Part shown: piece after piece, positions 52,515 to 63,968 of the stretch
Layout: every line of letters starts with the position of its first letter
Numbering within the stretch: position 1 is the first letter of the stretch
Assembly (NCBI RefSeq): GCF_000143415.4
Contig: NW_003314268.1
Coordinates: forward strand, 3,790,559 to 3,854,558
Direction of reading: 5' to 3'
Origin: Selaginella moellendorffii
Taxonomy: Eukaryota > Plantae > Lycopodiophyta
DNA length: 64,000 nucleotides
Notes under the pieces: generated by a model
What the model saw: the letters and a program-made list of their open reading frames with translations, nothing else
Database searches by the model: none
What the model was told of the DNA's origin: nothing
Made by a program: the position numbers and the translations under genes

Positions 52515-53118
52515 GTCCTGCGCCCGCGAAATACCTGAAGAACCCTAGATTCCCGAGCCCGGCATGTCAGCCTCTCCCTGTTTCTCCCATTGATGAATAA
52601 CAAAACTGAAGAACATCCATTATAAACCTTGGCCGTTGGGGCAATCAAATCCAACGGTGGCACGGGCGCGATCGGACGACCAGGATCTCGTCATCGCTAT
52701 ACATTGGATTGTGAGGTGGCAGCGTTTCACGGGTTATGGGAGACACACATGCAAGCAAATCGCAGCCGTTGGGTTTTCGGGTTACTTACATCATAGCCGC
52801 TGATCTTGTGGCCCGTGCTCTTCATCCTCCTGGAACAATACACCGCAAACCTGTCCATTTGGAAATGGATCTTCGCCATAGCCATCTCTCCCATGGACAT
52901 CTCCATTTTAGGTTTAGCTCCCAGATCTCTTTTATAGGCTTTGGTTCGTTTAGTAGAGTACACTCGAGCAATTGGGGATATCCCAGAATTGCGTTGTGGG
53001 CGTATCGGCATATTCTACCTCCATTTGAAACAGACGGCGGGGATTGTCCCATTTTGAGGGTTTAAGGCAGAGGATATTCTTTTTCATCTCCTTGCATTTT
53101 TAGGGTTCTTTTGAGGCT

Positions 53119-54103
53119 ATGGAGGCAGTCCAGGAGCGCCTGGGGAAGCTGGACGCGGGATTCAAGCAATGGTTGAGGCAGCAATCTGCGCCCGTGGAGG
53201 TGGCAATCGTCACAGCCGGTGGCGCCGCGCAGGGCGGTGCGATTGGGGGGCTCATGGGGCGATTGACCGCGGATGCTGCCGCCGGCGCTCCACCGATGGG
53301 CAACCAGCTGCCGCAGACGAATCCACAGATGATGGTATGCAATCTTGTAGCGAATTTCGAAGGGAAACTTTTCGAGAGAATTTTCAGGCTTTTGCTGGCG
53401 GACCTTGGGCTCAAGCTCGGAATTTTGCCGTCATGTCTGGAGTGAATTCTGGGCTGACTTGCGTCATGAAACGCTTGCGTGGTGGTGTTGAGGATGCTCA
53501 AACCAGGTAAGCTTTTAGATGATTCTTTGTATAAGCTTGATACGAATGTTTCCCTGTTCTCCTGGCAGTATGGTGGCGGGATTTGGATCTGGTGCGTGCC
53601 TTTCGATCGCGAGCGGCATTGGAGGCGAGAATCCAGTGGCGTCTGCTGTCACTACTGGCTTATCTTTCGGCCTTATTCAAGCAGCGATGTTCAAGGTCTG
53701 TAAATTCTGCCGATTGGGAGTTTGTCATCCGTTCCTCTTTCCAGGTGACGCAAAAGTTTTACCAACCTCCGGGAGATGACATTCAATACCTGCGATCCAA
53801 GAACATGCTACGAGTACTTGGACTGGAAAAGTACGAGAAGAACTTTAAGAAGGGCTATCTTACCGATGAAACTCTTCCCTTGCTCACGGACAGGTCCGTC
53901 GCTACTCTGCCTATTATTTCTTGTTTCTGTGCTCATATCTCTTATATGCCTTTCAGTGCACTCAGGGACGTGAAGATTCCACCGGGACCAAGGCTTTTAA
54001 TCCTGCACCACATCGAAAGGTCCGGCCGAGGTCATATAGTTTAAAATTCATTCTTCTCACGATCGCCCACTGCAGAAATCTAGACGTCGCGAGGAGGGAA
54101 TAA
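53119..54103 (+). CDS. Tim17/22/23 (PRAT) family protein with a C-terminal SAM domain (HP30/Tric-like), 6 exons
   Basis: QGGAIGGLMG, AQARNFAVMSGVNSG, MVAGFGSG and SAM-like LGLEKYEKNFKKGYLTDETLPLLTDSALRDVKIPPGPRLLIL. GT-AG introns join the pieces. Confidence 0.9.
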
Positions 54104-55403
54104 AGGGAATACATTCTTGTACAATCACGATTTGTGCTGTGACGAGAGAAGTTTGAGGAACGCAAAGTTTTGATTTGGAGGAGGATAATTGTTTGTGGCT
54201 GGTTGGCTGATACACGAGCAAAAAAACTTATTTCACGGAGAAGCAAACAACGAAGCAAAGGATTTTCACGCCACGAATCACGATGGGCGATTAATTTGGA
54301 GGAGATCAATCGAAATCCTTCCTCCATCCATCGCTTGCATCGCATCAAAGAAGCAACAAAAACAACACGGAAAAACCTGAGAGTGAAAGACAGGCTCCAT
54401 GAATGCGCTCCGCACGGCCCTCGAAGCGTGGCATTGAATGGCCAAGGCTGGAATTATTACCACATCAAGTTGTCAACTTTTAAAACGAGCTAGAGCTCGG
54501 ATCAATGGCTGGATGGATGGATGGATGGAACCCTCCAATGAGGTAGCGTTTTACCTTTTTATACCTTACCCGGGGGTAAAAACGGGCAGGGATTTCCGCA
54601 ACGGAATGCGCGATTCCCGGGCGGGAATGTGTCTAAGGTTTAGGGTTTATCAGATCTGTGCGCTTGTTTTTAGTCGCGTGTTTCAGCTGATTCGGTGCCA
54701 AATGCGAGGAATCTAGCAGCGGCGGCAGCAGCAAACGATTCTTCCGCCTCAGCAGATGCCAGTTCCACGATTCGCAGTAGCGGCGCCAGATAATCTTCGT
54801 GTTTCTCCGCATTTCTCAAGGTAATCTTCCCATTCGCGAATCGCGACGCCGAGAGCTGTGGTTGCGGGCATTGATTCTCGCTCTCTAGATTCACAAGGGC
54901 CCGGGCTAGATTGGTAAATCGTCCTCCAGGTACCGGACAGTGGTGGGAAAAAGAATTAAGAACAGGGAGATAGGGCTTGCTTGCGCTGGAGGCATCTGGT
55001 AGAATATAAGGCAGGGCAGGTGCTCACAGGATTCTTTCCTCTTCTTTTTTCTCCTTTTTTCTTTCTCTTGGGGGCTTGCTTTATGAATGTAGCCAGAGCT
55101 ATTCCCGCTGTTAGTTCCTTGCTGCAGTACTACCGCGAGATTCAATGGGATTGAGTAGCGGCCTTTGTGGACGAATGGCAAGGCCACCAAGTTTTACTGC
55201 TGCTGCTGCTGCTATTACCATCTTCTCCAAAGAGGCAAGATCTGCGGCGACGTTACTACACTCTCCTGGGATCTCTCTCGGCTATGCTGGGAGGTCTGGC
55301 TCTACTGCTAGAAGCTGCTGGTAATGACGAAGATCAAGTAGAGCGGGATGGTGGTGGCGATGGAGCTTGGTGCGTAAAGCACCATCATGGCGACCCGAGA
55401 ATC

Positions 55404-57633
55404 ATGGACGAAGTGCAAAGAGGAACAAGATGGAGGAGGATATTTCTCTCATTGGTGGTGTCTGCCGGGGCGGGCATCGTTTTGCTCTTCATTGCCTTCG
55501 GCATTATAGTCTCTGCCGCGGGACAGAGACGACACCAGCGCAGTAGCAGTGGACAAGGCAGGCTTTCTCTTCTCGAGGAGAAGCAAAACTGTGAGTAACA
55601 TCAGCTCTTTTGTTTTGAGTTTCGAGTCACACTCTACTGAAAGCTCTCCTCTTGTTTGTTAGCGTTTGTAGCAACTTGTCCGGATGGATGGCTACGAGGA
55701 CCGGCTGATCGATGCTTTATGCTCGTCAACGCGAGCAGCACTTGGGAGGAATCCGAGACGAGTTGCCGGAACAGGAGTGGTCATCTGGCCTCTATAACTT
55801 CAGATGCCGAGGTCGCGTTTGTCAAAAGCCACTGTACCGGTGTCTTTGATCCGTGCTGGGTCGGGGCTGTGATATCCAACACCAGCCGGGGAGTTTTGTG
55901 GAGGTGGAGTGACTGTCACGTACGCTGGAATTTTTCCTTCGCTTCCAGCAATTGCTCCAGCTCGGGTTGCGTTAACTTGGGAGAATACTGCTTGTCTGTG
56001 TCAAGCATGCACGGGCTTGTACGTGAGAACTGTGGAGACAGGCATAGATTCGTCTGTGTTCTTGCTACGAAAGGTAACTCGGCAAGTTTGTATCGATTCC
56101 TTGTCTCTAAGCTTTTTTCTCTTGACTTGGCTTTAGAGGGCGAATGTATACGAGCTACAAACCGCAAAGCGTACCTCATCGTACTTATAGCCGTAAGCTG
56201 TTTGATACTTGTCACGGCATTAGCGATTGTCATCTGGCTTCTAGTCTATAGAAGGAAGAGGAGGAGGAGGAGATCGAGAAGAGCGCCGTCGTCTTCCATG
56301 GTGCCGCTCTCCTCGCTCAGACTATTTACTCTGGACGAGCTTAGGATCGCCACCAACAATTTTGGGATGGAGAACAGGCTCCGGGGTAGCACTTTCAAGG
56401 GGATTCTCTCCGATGGCGTTTTGGTGGCTGTTAAGAAGCTGGAACGATCGAGCTTCCAAAGCCGGAAAGAGTTTCTAGCGGAGATGAACCGGATAGCGCG
56501 GCTGCGGCATCCAAGTCTGGTGGCGGTCATTGGATGCTGCTACGATCACGGCGAGCGATACATAGCCTACGAGTACATCGCGAATGGGCCGCTCGACCTC
56601 TGGCTGCACGACCCCGTCAGGAGAGGAACGCTGGACTGGAGAACGAGGATGCAAATTGCGGTCACCGCTGCTCAAGGCATAGCGTAAGTAGTAACCTGGT
56701 TAGTTTCTCGTTTTCTTCGTTCTTTTTACGATTCAAGCGTTGCATGTAGGATAGTATTTCATCATATGCATCCGTTCTTTGACGATTCAATGTAGGATCC
56801 TTCATTCTTTGGTTTACTTGAGTATTGTAGCATCTGGTTTGACTGTTTTTCCGATTCGGTGATTGATCTTTGTTCATTTCTTTTTTCAGTACAAACCGCT
56901 GAGCGTGCCATGCTTGGCATCTAGAAAACTCCGGCTGGTTTCACTGATATGCTTGCGTTACTTCATTCCTTTTTCTCCCGTGTGGCACTAAGGACTTCGC
57001 TCTGGCAGATACTTGCACGACCAAGTGAAGCCTCATGTCATCCACAGGGACATCAAGGCGAGCAGCATTCTCCTCGACGACAAGTTCCACGGCCGCGTCA
57101 TGGGAGTGGGCCTGGCCAGCGTCGTGCCGTGGGAGGCCGCCTACGAGCGCACGGTGGTGGCAGGGACGCACGGCTACCTTGCCCCGGAGTTCGTCTACCG
57201 CAACGAGCTCACCACCAAGAGCGACGTCTACAGCTTCGGCGTGCTCATGCTGGAGCTCATCAGCGGCCGCAAGCCGGCCATGCCAGTGGACGTGGTGGAC
57301 TGGCAGACCATCTTCGAGTGGGCGACGCCACTGGTTCAGTCGCAGCAGCTGCAGGAGATCATTGATCCGTCGCTCACGTCGATTCCCGCCCCCGCACACA
57401 TCCAGATGCTCGTGGATCTCATCTACAGCTGCACGCAGCACGTCGCGTCCATGAGGCCTCGGATGTCTTACGTTGTTCATCAGCTCGATCAGCTCAAGGA
57501 CGTGGAGAGCTTGCAGCCCAGGCAGCAGCAGCAGCAGCAAATACAAGAGGTGGTTTATCCCGCGAGAGATGCTCGCTCCAAAGAGCCGGCTCTCATCACA
57601 GTCCAGTCGGAGATCATGGAGTCTCTCTTCTAG
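55404..57633 (+). CDS. C-type lectin receptor-like kinase (At1g52310-like); exons ~55404-55590, 55663-56073, 56137-56683, 57009-57633; alternative in-frame ATG at 55284
   Basis: CPDGW...CFML...TWEESETSC...HLASI...CWVG C-type lectin domain, TM segment, and kinase with the family-typical MGVGL in place of DFG and GYLAPEFVYRNELTTKSDVYSFG. Confidence 0.9.
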
Positions 57634-57792
57634 GCTCTCAAGGTTCCATTGGAAGAAAGAACTCGTTATGGTAGAAAGGAGAAACTTTGTGCTTGACTTT
57701 ATCCATTAACGCCAGAATTGTCATTGTTTCCTCTCAAATACTTTTCTCTTTTTCTTTCCTGTGATTATTTACTTTGCAGTAACTCTAGTCCG

Positions 57793-57852
57793 CATGCAAG
57801 CTATGTGGCCAAGAACTTTACCATGCAGACTTCCGGTTAACCCTCTATAAAT
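57793..57852 (+). promoter_or_regulatory. Promoter with two RY boxes (CATGCA at 57793-98 and 57822-27), an ABRE-like ATGTGGC between them and TATAAAT at 57846-52
   Basis: Motifs seen directly, about 95-155 bp upstream of the ATG at 57948. Confidence 0.65.
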
Positions 57853-57947
57853 TCACCGCGCTCGCTCCAGCTCTCCATCAAGCTCACGAGTTTCATCTCA
57901 TTCGCTCTGTTGTTTTCTCTTTGGTTTCGATTCTCTAACTCCTCCAA

Positions 57948-58367
57948 ATGGCGTCGATCAAGTTCGTGGCTGCTGTCTTGGTGCTCATGGTGGTGGCCGC
58001 GGCGGCCATGCGCGACTGGAACGATTCCCCTCGCGACCGCCGCCGCGAGCGGGAGTGCCGCCAACTGCGCGGGCAGCTGCAGCAGTGCTCGCGCGACAGT
58101 CCCTCGCCCCAGTGCTGCAGTGTGGCGCGCCAGTACGTGGAGAGCAAAGGTTGCCGCCCTCGCGACATTGGAGCCGACCTCCTCCAGCACTGCCAGCAGC
58201 AGCAGCAGCAGCGAGGCGATGACGATGACGATCAGGAGCGCCGCCGCTACTACAACGACGACGATGATCGAGGTAAAGCCAGCTATAAACTTTCTTGGTC
58301 TTGATTTCTTCTTCATTGCTTTTGTTTTCCAGAGGTTCTCGACTTCATCCGTGGAGCATGGTTCTAG
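57948..58367 (+). CDS. Secreted Cys-rich prolamin-superfamily (2S albumin-like) protein, 119 aa; exons 57948-58272 and 58333-58367
   Basis: 20-aa signal peptide, C-X9-C-X8-CC-X11-C-X12-C, Arg/Gln/Asp-rich. A 60-bp GT-AG intron gives the C-terminus EVLDFIRGAWF*. Confidence 0.75.
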
Positions 58368-58805
58368 ATCGTAGAGACTGTGGAGAGCATGAAAATGGAT
58401 GGGAGCTGATCGCTCTAAATAAATGCTCAGACTTGGAGTAATAATAAGAATTTGTTTGTGTGACAGCTTTTTACATGAAATATATCTAGAAAAATTAGTC
58501 GAATAAACAAAAAAATGTGTGATAGAATAGAAGCTTTCACAAACAAGTAAAGATGCTTCGAAAAAAGCTATGTGATCATTTATGCAGACCATCTGAAGAG
58601 CATGAAAATGCAATTGCACGATAACTAACTGTAAGGGATGGTGGCACAGATGGTCAGCACGTATATTTCATCGCTGGTGCAAACTTGAGGTCGAGACATT
58701 GCTTTTTCAAAAGAGGTTTCTTGATTAGTGCTATATATTTCGATCAAGCAACATATTTCAGTTTAGGTTGTAGATGAAAACAATTCCCTCTCCTCTCGTT
58801 TTAAA

Positions 58806-59685
58806 GGAGCTCCTGAGTTTTAAAAACTCTCTTGTAGGAAACCAGGGTCTTATCTTCTGCAGGGACAGTATCAGTTCTTTGAATGAACTCTACAGGTTGA
58901 TTCTGCGGATGGATTGTAGGTTAGCTTTAACGAAAAAGAGTAAGCATCAGGAAATCTGGGTGAGCAAACACAATTAAACACAATTATCATCGTTCAGATG
59001 GATGCCACACTAAGATGGAAACTTGGTTATTAAGGAATGGGAATGCAGCTGGAGTGTATTGTGAGCCCCAGCCAGAATGTAGATCACCATCACTTTCATG
59101 CGTAACAATTGCTGACAAGCTCCATCAATCACTGAAGAATTCCTAAAATATAGCTGATTGTCAATCACAGATAAATTCCTTGCATATAAAGTCCTACCAT
59201 TAGTCACTAATGAGTTCCTTGCATAGAATCTGCTATGATTGTTGACAACAAGCTGATAAAGTTCAAGTACTCAGTACATATGCCTCCACAAAATGTCAAT
59301 CTATTCGAATTGCTGGCAGCATCCACGGAAATTCGTCCAACAATTTCAGTGAGTGAGTCCCATACGTATGTGGGATGAAAATTGAAGGGGATAGAGGGAT
59401 CAGGATCACAGATTAGAAACTGATTGCTTATAACTAAAGGCGCATTCACGGACAAAATGAACTTCAGCCGTTGTTAAACTCTAAATTTAAAACTGACCTT
59501 CCTACTGAAATTAGATTATATTCATTATACGATTAATATGCCCAACAAGGTGTAAAATACTAATTTGGAACTGTGACAGATTTCTGCGAAAGATGGTAAG
59601 AGGTTGAAGATGGTATGAGGGGGTTGACAAGCAACCCACAATAAAAGTAACACCAAAATAGTTGATACATCACAGTATAACATTT
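58806..59685 (-). pseudogene. Pseudogene paralog of the bulb-lectin gene at 62919-63968, with its 3' (lectin) part inverted (58806-59079 on +)
   Basis: 59120-59685 aligns in the same orientation as the intact gene. 58806-59079 encodes ISSLNELYRLILRMDCRLAL...EIWVSKHN...DGNLVIK on the opposite strand. Confidence 0.85.
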
Positions 59686-60183
59686 TGATTGGCTTAGTTT
59701 CATAATTCTAGAGATTTCTGGAAAACTATTTGGGTTAAAGCCTTTTCGTTTGCTTAAGGGCTATAGTATTACCCTTTTTTGTTAAAAGTAGGATTTAAAA
59801 TCAAAATTTTTAGTTAATTAAAAATGGTTTAAAATACAGCATTAATCCATTTTAATTTGAGTTTAGTATGAATTTTATATTTTTTGGTTTGTTTAAGCAA
59901 CCCTAAAATATGACAATATTCTACCATCTAACGGTTGTTATTCTTTTAGATTAATCTTCTATTTATTATTTATAATATAAACTTTCTTAAACACTTCTGA
60001 TTAATCTTGCGTTTATAAATTATAGCTAAAGGTTTGAATAAGATTATTAGATTTAAATAATTTGTTGTCCGCTACATGCACGTTTAATAGTATTGCTATT
60101 CATTTTTAGTATTATTTATTAATCGAATTGATCAATCAGAATTTTATAACTAAACAGAATAAAAGTAAATGTGGTAATTAAAA

Positions 60184-60774
60184 TCAAATATTTATTCTCT
60201 CTGGGCGTTGATTGACACGAACAACCCAAGGTTTCCCACTTGCACTCTGAACTTGAATTCTCCCAATCTTCTGGAGCGCAGCTGGAACATCCACCTCTCC
60301 ACAGTTGGCAGCAATGGCGTCCAAGTGTGGCCGCAAATCTTCAAACAAGCTGTCCTTTCCATCGCTCATCTCAACCATGAAATTGGGAACCACCAGCCCG
60401 TTCCCCGGCTGCTTGTCAAAAGCCGTCTCAGTGTCATCAAGCCACACCACCCTCGCTAAATCGCGTCCGAATGCTTGGGCGCTCAGATCTTTGCTCCTGG
60501 TAGGGCACGATTCCCTGCTAAGCCTCTGGGAGATCAAAGTTCCCGTGGGATCCAGCTTGTCCGCTATGCCATTCACATAAGGCTCGTAGTTGTAGGAAAA
60601 GATGACAATCTCATACAGCTTTGCCATGTCTCGCAGGAATTTGTCAAGGCCCGGACGTTTGTAGACGGCATAGCCCTCAACTACCATGTCAGCTCCCATA
60701 CCTGAGGAGTTTTTGAGCCTACGAGCGCAAATCAGCGTTCCATCGAGATCCAGCACCAGAGTTGGCTTGCCCAT
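60184..60774 (-). CDS. SCP/FCP1-like (NIF, HAD-family) CTD-type phosphatase, intronless
   Basis: KPTLVLDLDGTL (DxDxT), YKRPGLDKFL, YEIVIFS, KDLS...GRDLARVVWLDD, PGNGLVV. Confidence 0.85.
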   Translation of the reverse strand: MGKPTLVLDLDGTLICARRLKNSSGMGADMVVEGYAVYKRPGLDKFLRDMAKLYEIVIFSYNYEPYVNGIADKLDPTGTLISQRLSRESCPTRSKDLSAQAFGRDLARVVWLDDTETAFDKQPGNGLVVPNFMVEMSDGKDSLFEDLRPHLDAIAANCGEVDVPAALQKIGRIQVQSASGKPWVVRVNQRPERINI

Positions 60775-60840
60775 TGTTAGGTTTCTACCCAATAGAGCTT
60801 TGTAATTTATAAGGAAGTAAACCTTTTCTAATCCCTTTTG

Positions 60841-61411
60841 TTATTTGTTCTTCGCTGAGGCTTGCCTTCTTTCTCTGGCTCTTTTCTGCAAGCAAACGAA
60901 AGATTGGAAGATTTTGACATTGTAGCGGAGCTTACCCTGCAGTCTGCGACCATCTGCGGCATTCTCTGCATAATCTCGGCAGTGGTCTTCCTCCTGAAAT
61001 CGCGAATCAAGCAAAGCATTTGGAAGAGTTTGATGCAAACCTCTCGGCAGAGATCCTGTCGCCCTTGTGACCCTTCATCACGTTCCTCATCTCCTTGCGT
61101 GGCTTATCGTAAGGCCAGTCTCTACACGAGCAAAAGTCCCAATGGGGAAAAGGAAGGGCGAAGAACAAAAGAAGAACTGAGAAAGAGTAGAGAAATGTGA
61201 GAAAATCTTACCCTCCCGCGAGCAGCACTTCCCTCTTGATCTTGGCCCTCTGGCGAGCGCTGATCTGCAGCGGCTTCCAGCGGTGATCCTCCCAGTAGCC
61301 CCACACGCCCTTCTTGAGCTCCTCGCCCCATCGCTTGAGCTTCTCCACGGGCATCTGTGGCGCCGGCATTGACGCTATGCGCTTCATCCACTCCGCTCGC
61401 CCGCCCCCCAT
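60841..61411 (-). CDS. Mitochondrial ribosomal protein mL59/MRP-L25-like; 4 exons (61411-61212, 61121-61041, 60993-60936, 60885-60841)
   Basis: RWKPLQISARQRAKIKREVLLAGGDWPYDKPRKEMRNVMKGHKGDR...IMQRMPQMVADCRKR, assembled through three GT-AG introns. Telo-box TTAGGGTTT just upstream (~61428). Confidence 0.8.
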
Positions 61412-62312
61412 TCTCTCTTACCAAGAATTAGGGTTTATCAGTTGTATGAAGGCAATGGCTGCTGCAGCAAGAAAGAACTCCAAACGCCATGTTTTTGTTC
61501 TTCTTTTCTCTTATCGTTTTTATCCAGGCCCAAAGAGGACTGTTTAATCAGATGTGTACGGTTTAACGAGCTCCCGAGCGCGTCCAGTTCTGGAGCTAGA
61601 TTCCCTGGCCTCAAGCCGAGCAATTGTGAACTGGTTTGATCAAAACAATCTTGAGTACAAGATCGCCAAACTTTTGTCTTGAGTTGACGGCCTACAGTTG
61701 TTCCAGTCACCGAGTGATCCACTCTGTCTCGGTGGCCGCTGGGACGGGGCCCCATCGTCCCCATCGCCCGCCCCAATCGCCAGCGGATTGTGAAAGTTGT
61801 TGTGGACTGTGTCTTATTTGGGATCTGGGTGCTGCATGACTTACGCTCTTTCTCCTGCCTTGAGTTTTCTTTCCAGAATTTTTAAACATGGTTTCCCTAG
61901 CAATGGCTGTGATGGCATTGGCGTAAAGCTGTCTTGTAATTTGAAAAATGTTGTTAGGCTAGATCAACGGGAGTGTGATCACTTTGGGCTCCATTCTGGC
62001 TTATGTTGTACTGGGCATTGGGCCTCACAAGACGGTGGATCATCCTGGACGTTGAGTAGATTGCGATCTAGAGCTGGAGCAAAGTTTCACACCAAAAGCA
62101 GGGTGAGCTTGCTAGATTGTGAGCTTTGCCAGCTGTAAAAGGTCAAAGCGGCTATTATAGTGCGGCTATTTGCACCTCATTCAAATTTGAGAACCCAGCG
62201 GTGGGAAAGAAAGTTTTGGCTTTAATTTGATCTTAAATTAATAGTTAAAATCAGTATTCTTTGATGTTGATTTCCTGTATAAATAAATTGTTACATGTTG
62301 CATGTAGCACGC

Positions 62313-62575
62313 TTGGTTTGCTTAATAGTAGATCAAATAAAATTTATGTTTGTAATTTATAAACACAAGATTAATCTTATTGTATATCAACCATTAGATA
62401 ATAAAATAAAAAAGAATATACTAGAAAGCGTTTAAGAAAGTTTATAAATTATAAATATAAAATTAATCTAAATGAATCACAACCATTAGATGTAGAATAT
62501 CCTAGAATATTTAAGCATATTCTAGATATATCCACTCCAATCTCTTTACAGGTTTGCTTAACTTAAGCAAACCAA
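62313..62575. repeat. MITE-like AT-rich element with a 13-bp terminal inverted repeat TTGGTTTGCTTAA; diverged inverted relative at ~59878-60081
   Basis: ttggtttgcttaa ... ttaagcaaaccaa. Shared blocks with the reverse complement of 59878-60081. Confidence 0.5.
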
Positions 62576-62918
62576 AAATAGGGAAAAGATAGTTTGTGAA
62601 TTTAAGTTTTATATTTCTTACTTTTTTCCTCGCAGGCTTTGCTTTGCCAATAGCATTGTGGAAGCTCAAACAGATTTAGCAAGTTGGTTTGATCTTAAAG
62701 CAATAGTCTTGGCTCAAGGATTGATCACTCCCCTTGGACTTGGGATCTTGTGAAGTAAGATGCAGCTCCTGAGCCTGGTTGCAAGGAAGTTTAATAATGA
62801 GGTTCAAGCCTCTCTCATCTTATTCAAACAATTGAATACCTTTAGAGGCATTAATCTTATTATACATATGGTGGCAAAAGTTAAACATCAAAACCTAGCC
62901 TCTTCAAGAAACTGTGAT

Positions 62919-63968
62919 TCAACTTAGTGCTTGCCACCAGATTTCATGAGTATCCAAGTTATAGATGAAAACATTTCCGTCTCCTCTAACAACAACACTA
63001 GTAGGCATAATGCAATTTGGTTGGGGCTTACAATACACTCCAGCTGCCCAAAAAACATTCCCATTGATGTCCTTAATAACCAAGTTTCCATCATGTTGTT
63101 GTATAGCATAGCATCCATCAGAAGGATGATAATTATGTTTGCTTACCCAAATTTCCTGATATTTCCTCTTTGTCATTAAGGCTAATTTACAGTCCATACG
63201 CAAAATCAACCTGTAAAGCCCATTCAATGAACTGATACCATTTCCTTGTAGAAGGTAAGATCCAGGTTCCTTGACTTGGCTCCCTATAAGAGAGTTTTCA
63301 AAACTCCAGCAGCTCCCTTGATCACTATCACTTTCATGGGTAACAATCATTGAGGAACCGTTTGCATATACATTGCGACCATCAATCACTGATGAATTTT
63401 TTACATAAGGTGAAATTCTTGCATATGAAGTGCTACCATTTATCACTGATGAATTCATGGCATGCAAACTACGATTATTGTAGACATTAACCTGATAGCT
63501 GATTGCAAAGTTCAAAAACTCAGTGCGTATGCCTCCATGAAATGTCAATCTAGTTGCATCGATAGCGGCATCCACAGAAATCCGTGCAGCAATTCGAATG
63601 AATGAGTTCTGTACATGTGTGGGATGAAAATTTACCAGGATTAAGGGATCAGTAACACAGATTATATACTGATTATTTACAACTAAAGGGGCATTCACAT
63701 ACAAATAAAAACTCACCCTGGTGTTACCAAACCACAAATCTAAAATTGACCCTCTTACTGAAATTTGAGGATTGCCACTGTATACACGATTAATATGCTC
63801 AACAAGCTGTCGCATACTAGTTCTAAACTGTGACAATGATAATGTATGGAGATTTCTACGAAAGATTGTAAAAGGCTGAAGTTGGTATGGGTGAGGTGGG
63901 GGTGATTTAACGCAAGTAACCTGTAACAGAAGTAACATCAAGAGAGTTGCAATGCTGTGGTATAACAT
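62919..63968 (-). CDS. Secreted protein with an unknown N-terminal domain and a C-terminal bulb-type (GNA/B) lectin domain, intronless
   Basis: Signal peptide. C-terminal SYLLQGNGISSLNGLYRLILRMDCKLAL...IWVS...QQHDGNLVI...VFWAA...GDGNVFIY...IWW B-lectin subdomains. Confidence 0.8.
   Translation of the reverse strand: MLYHSIATLLMLLLLQVTCVKSPPPHPYQLQPFTIFRRNLHTLSLSQFRTSMRQLVEHINRVYSGNPQISVRGSILDLWFGNTRVSFYLYVNAPLVVNNQYIICVTDPLILVNFHPTHVQNSFIRIAARISVDAAIDATRLTFHGGIRTEFLNFAISYQVNVYNNRSLHAMNSSVINGSTSYARISPYVKNSSVIDGRNVYANGSSMIVTHESDSDQGSCWSFENSLIGSQVKEPGSYLLQGNGISSLNGLYRLILRMDCKLALMTKRKYQEIWVSKHNYHPSDGCYAIQQHDGNLVIKDINGNVFWAAGVYCKPQPNCIMPTSVVVRGDGNVFIYNLDTHEIWWQALS

Noticed and set aside
61430-62200. 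Possible gene or ncRNA divergent from mL59
   Set aside because: Has a telo-box and a splice-like site, but no coherent ORF or RNA family could be supported.
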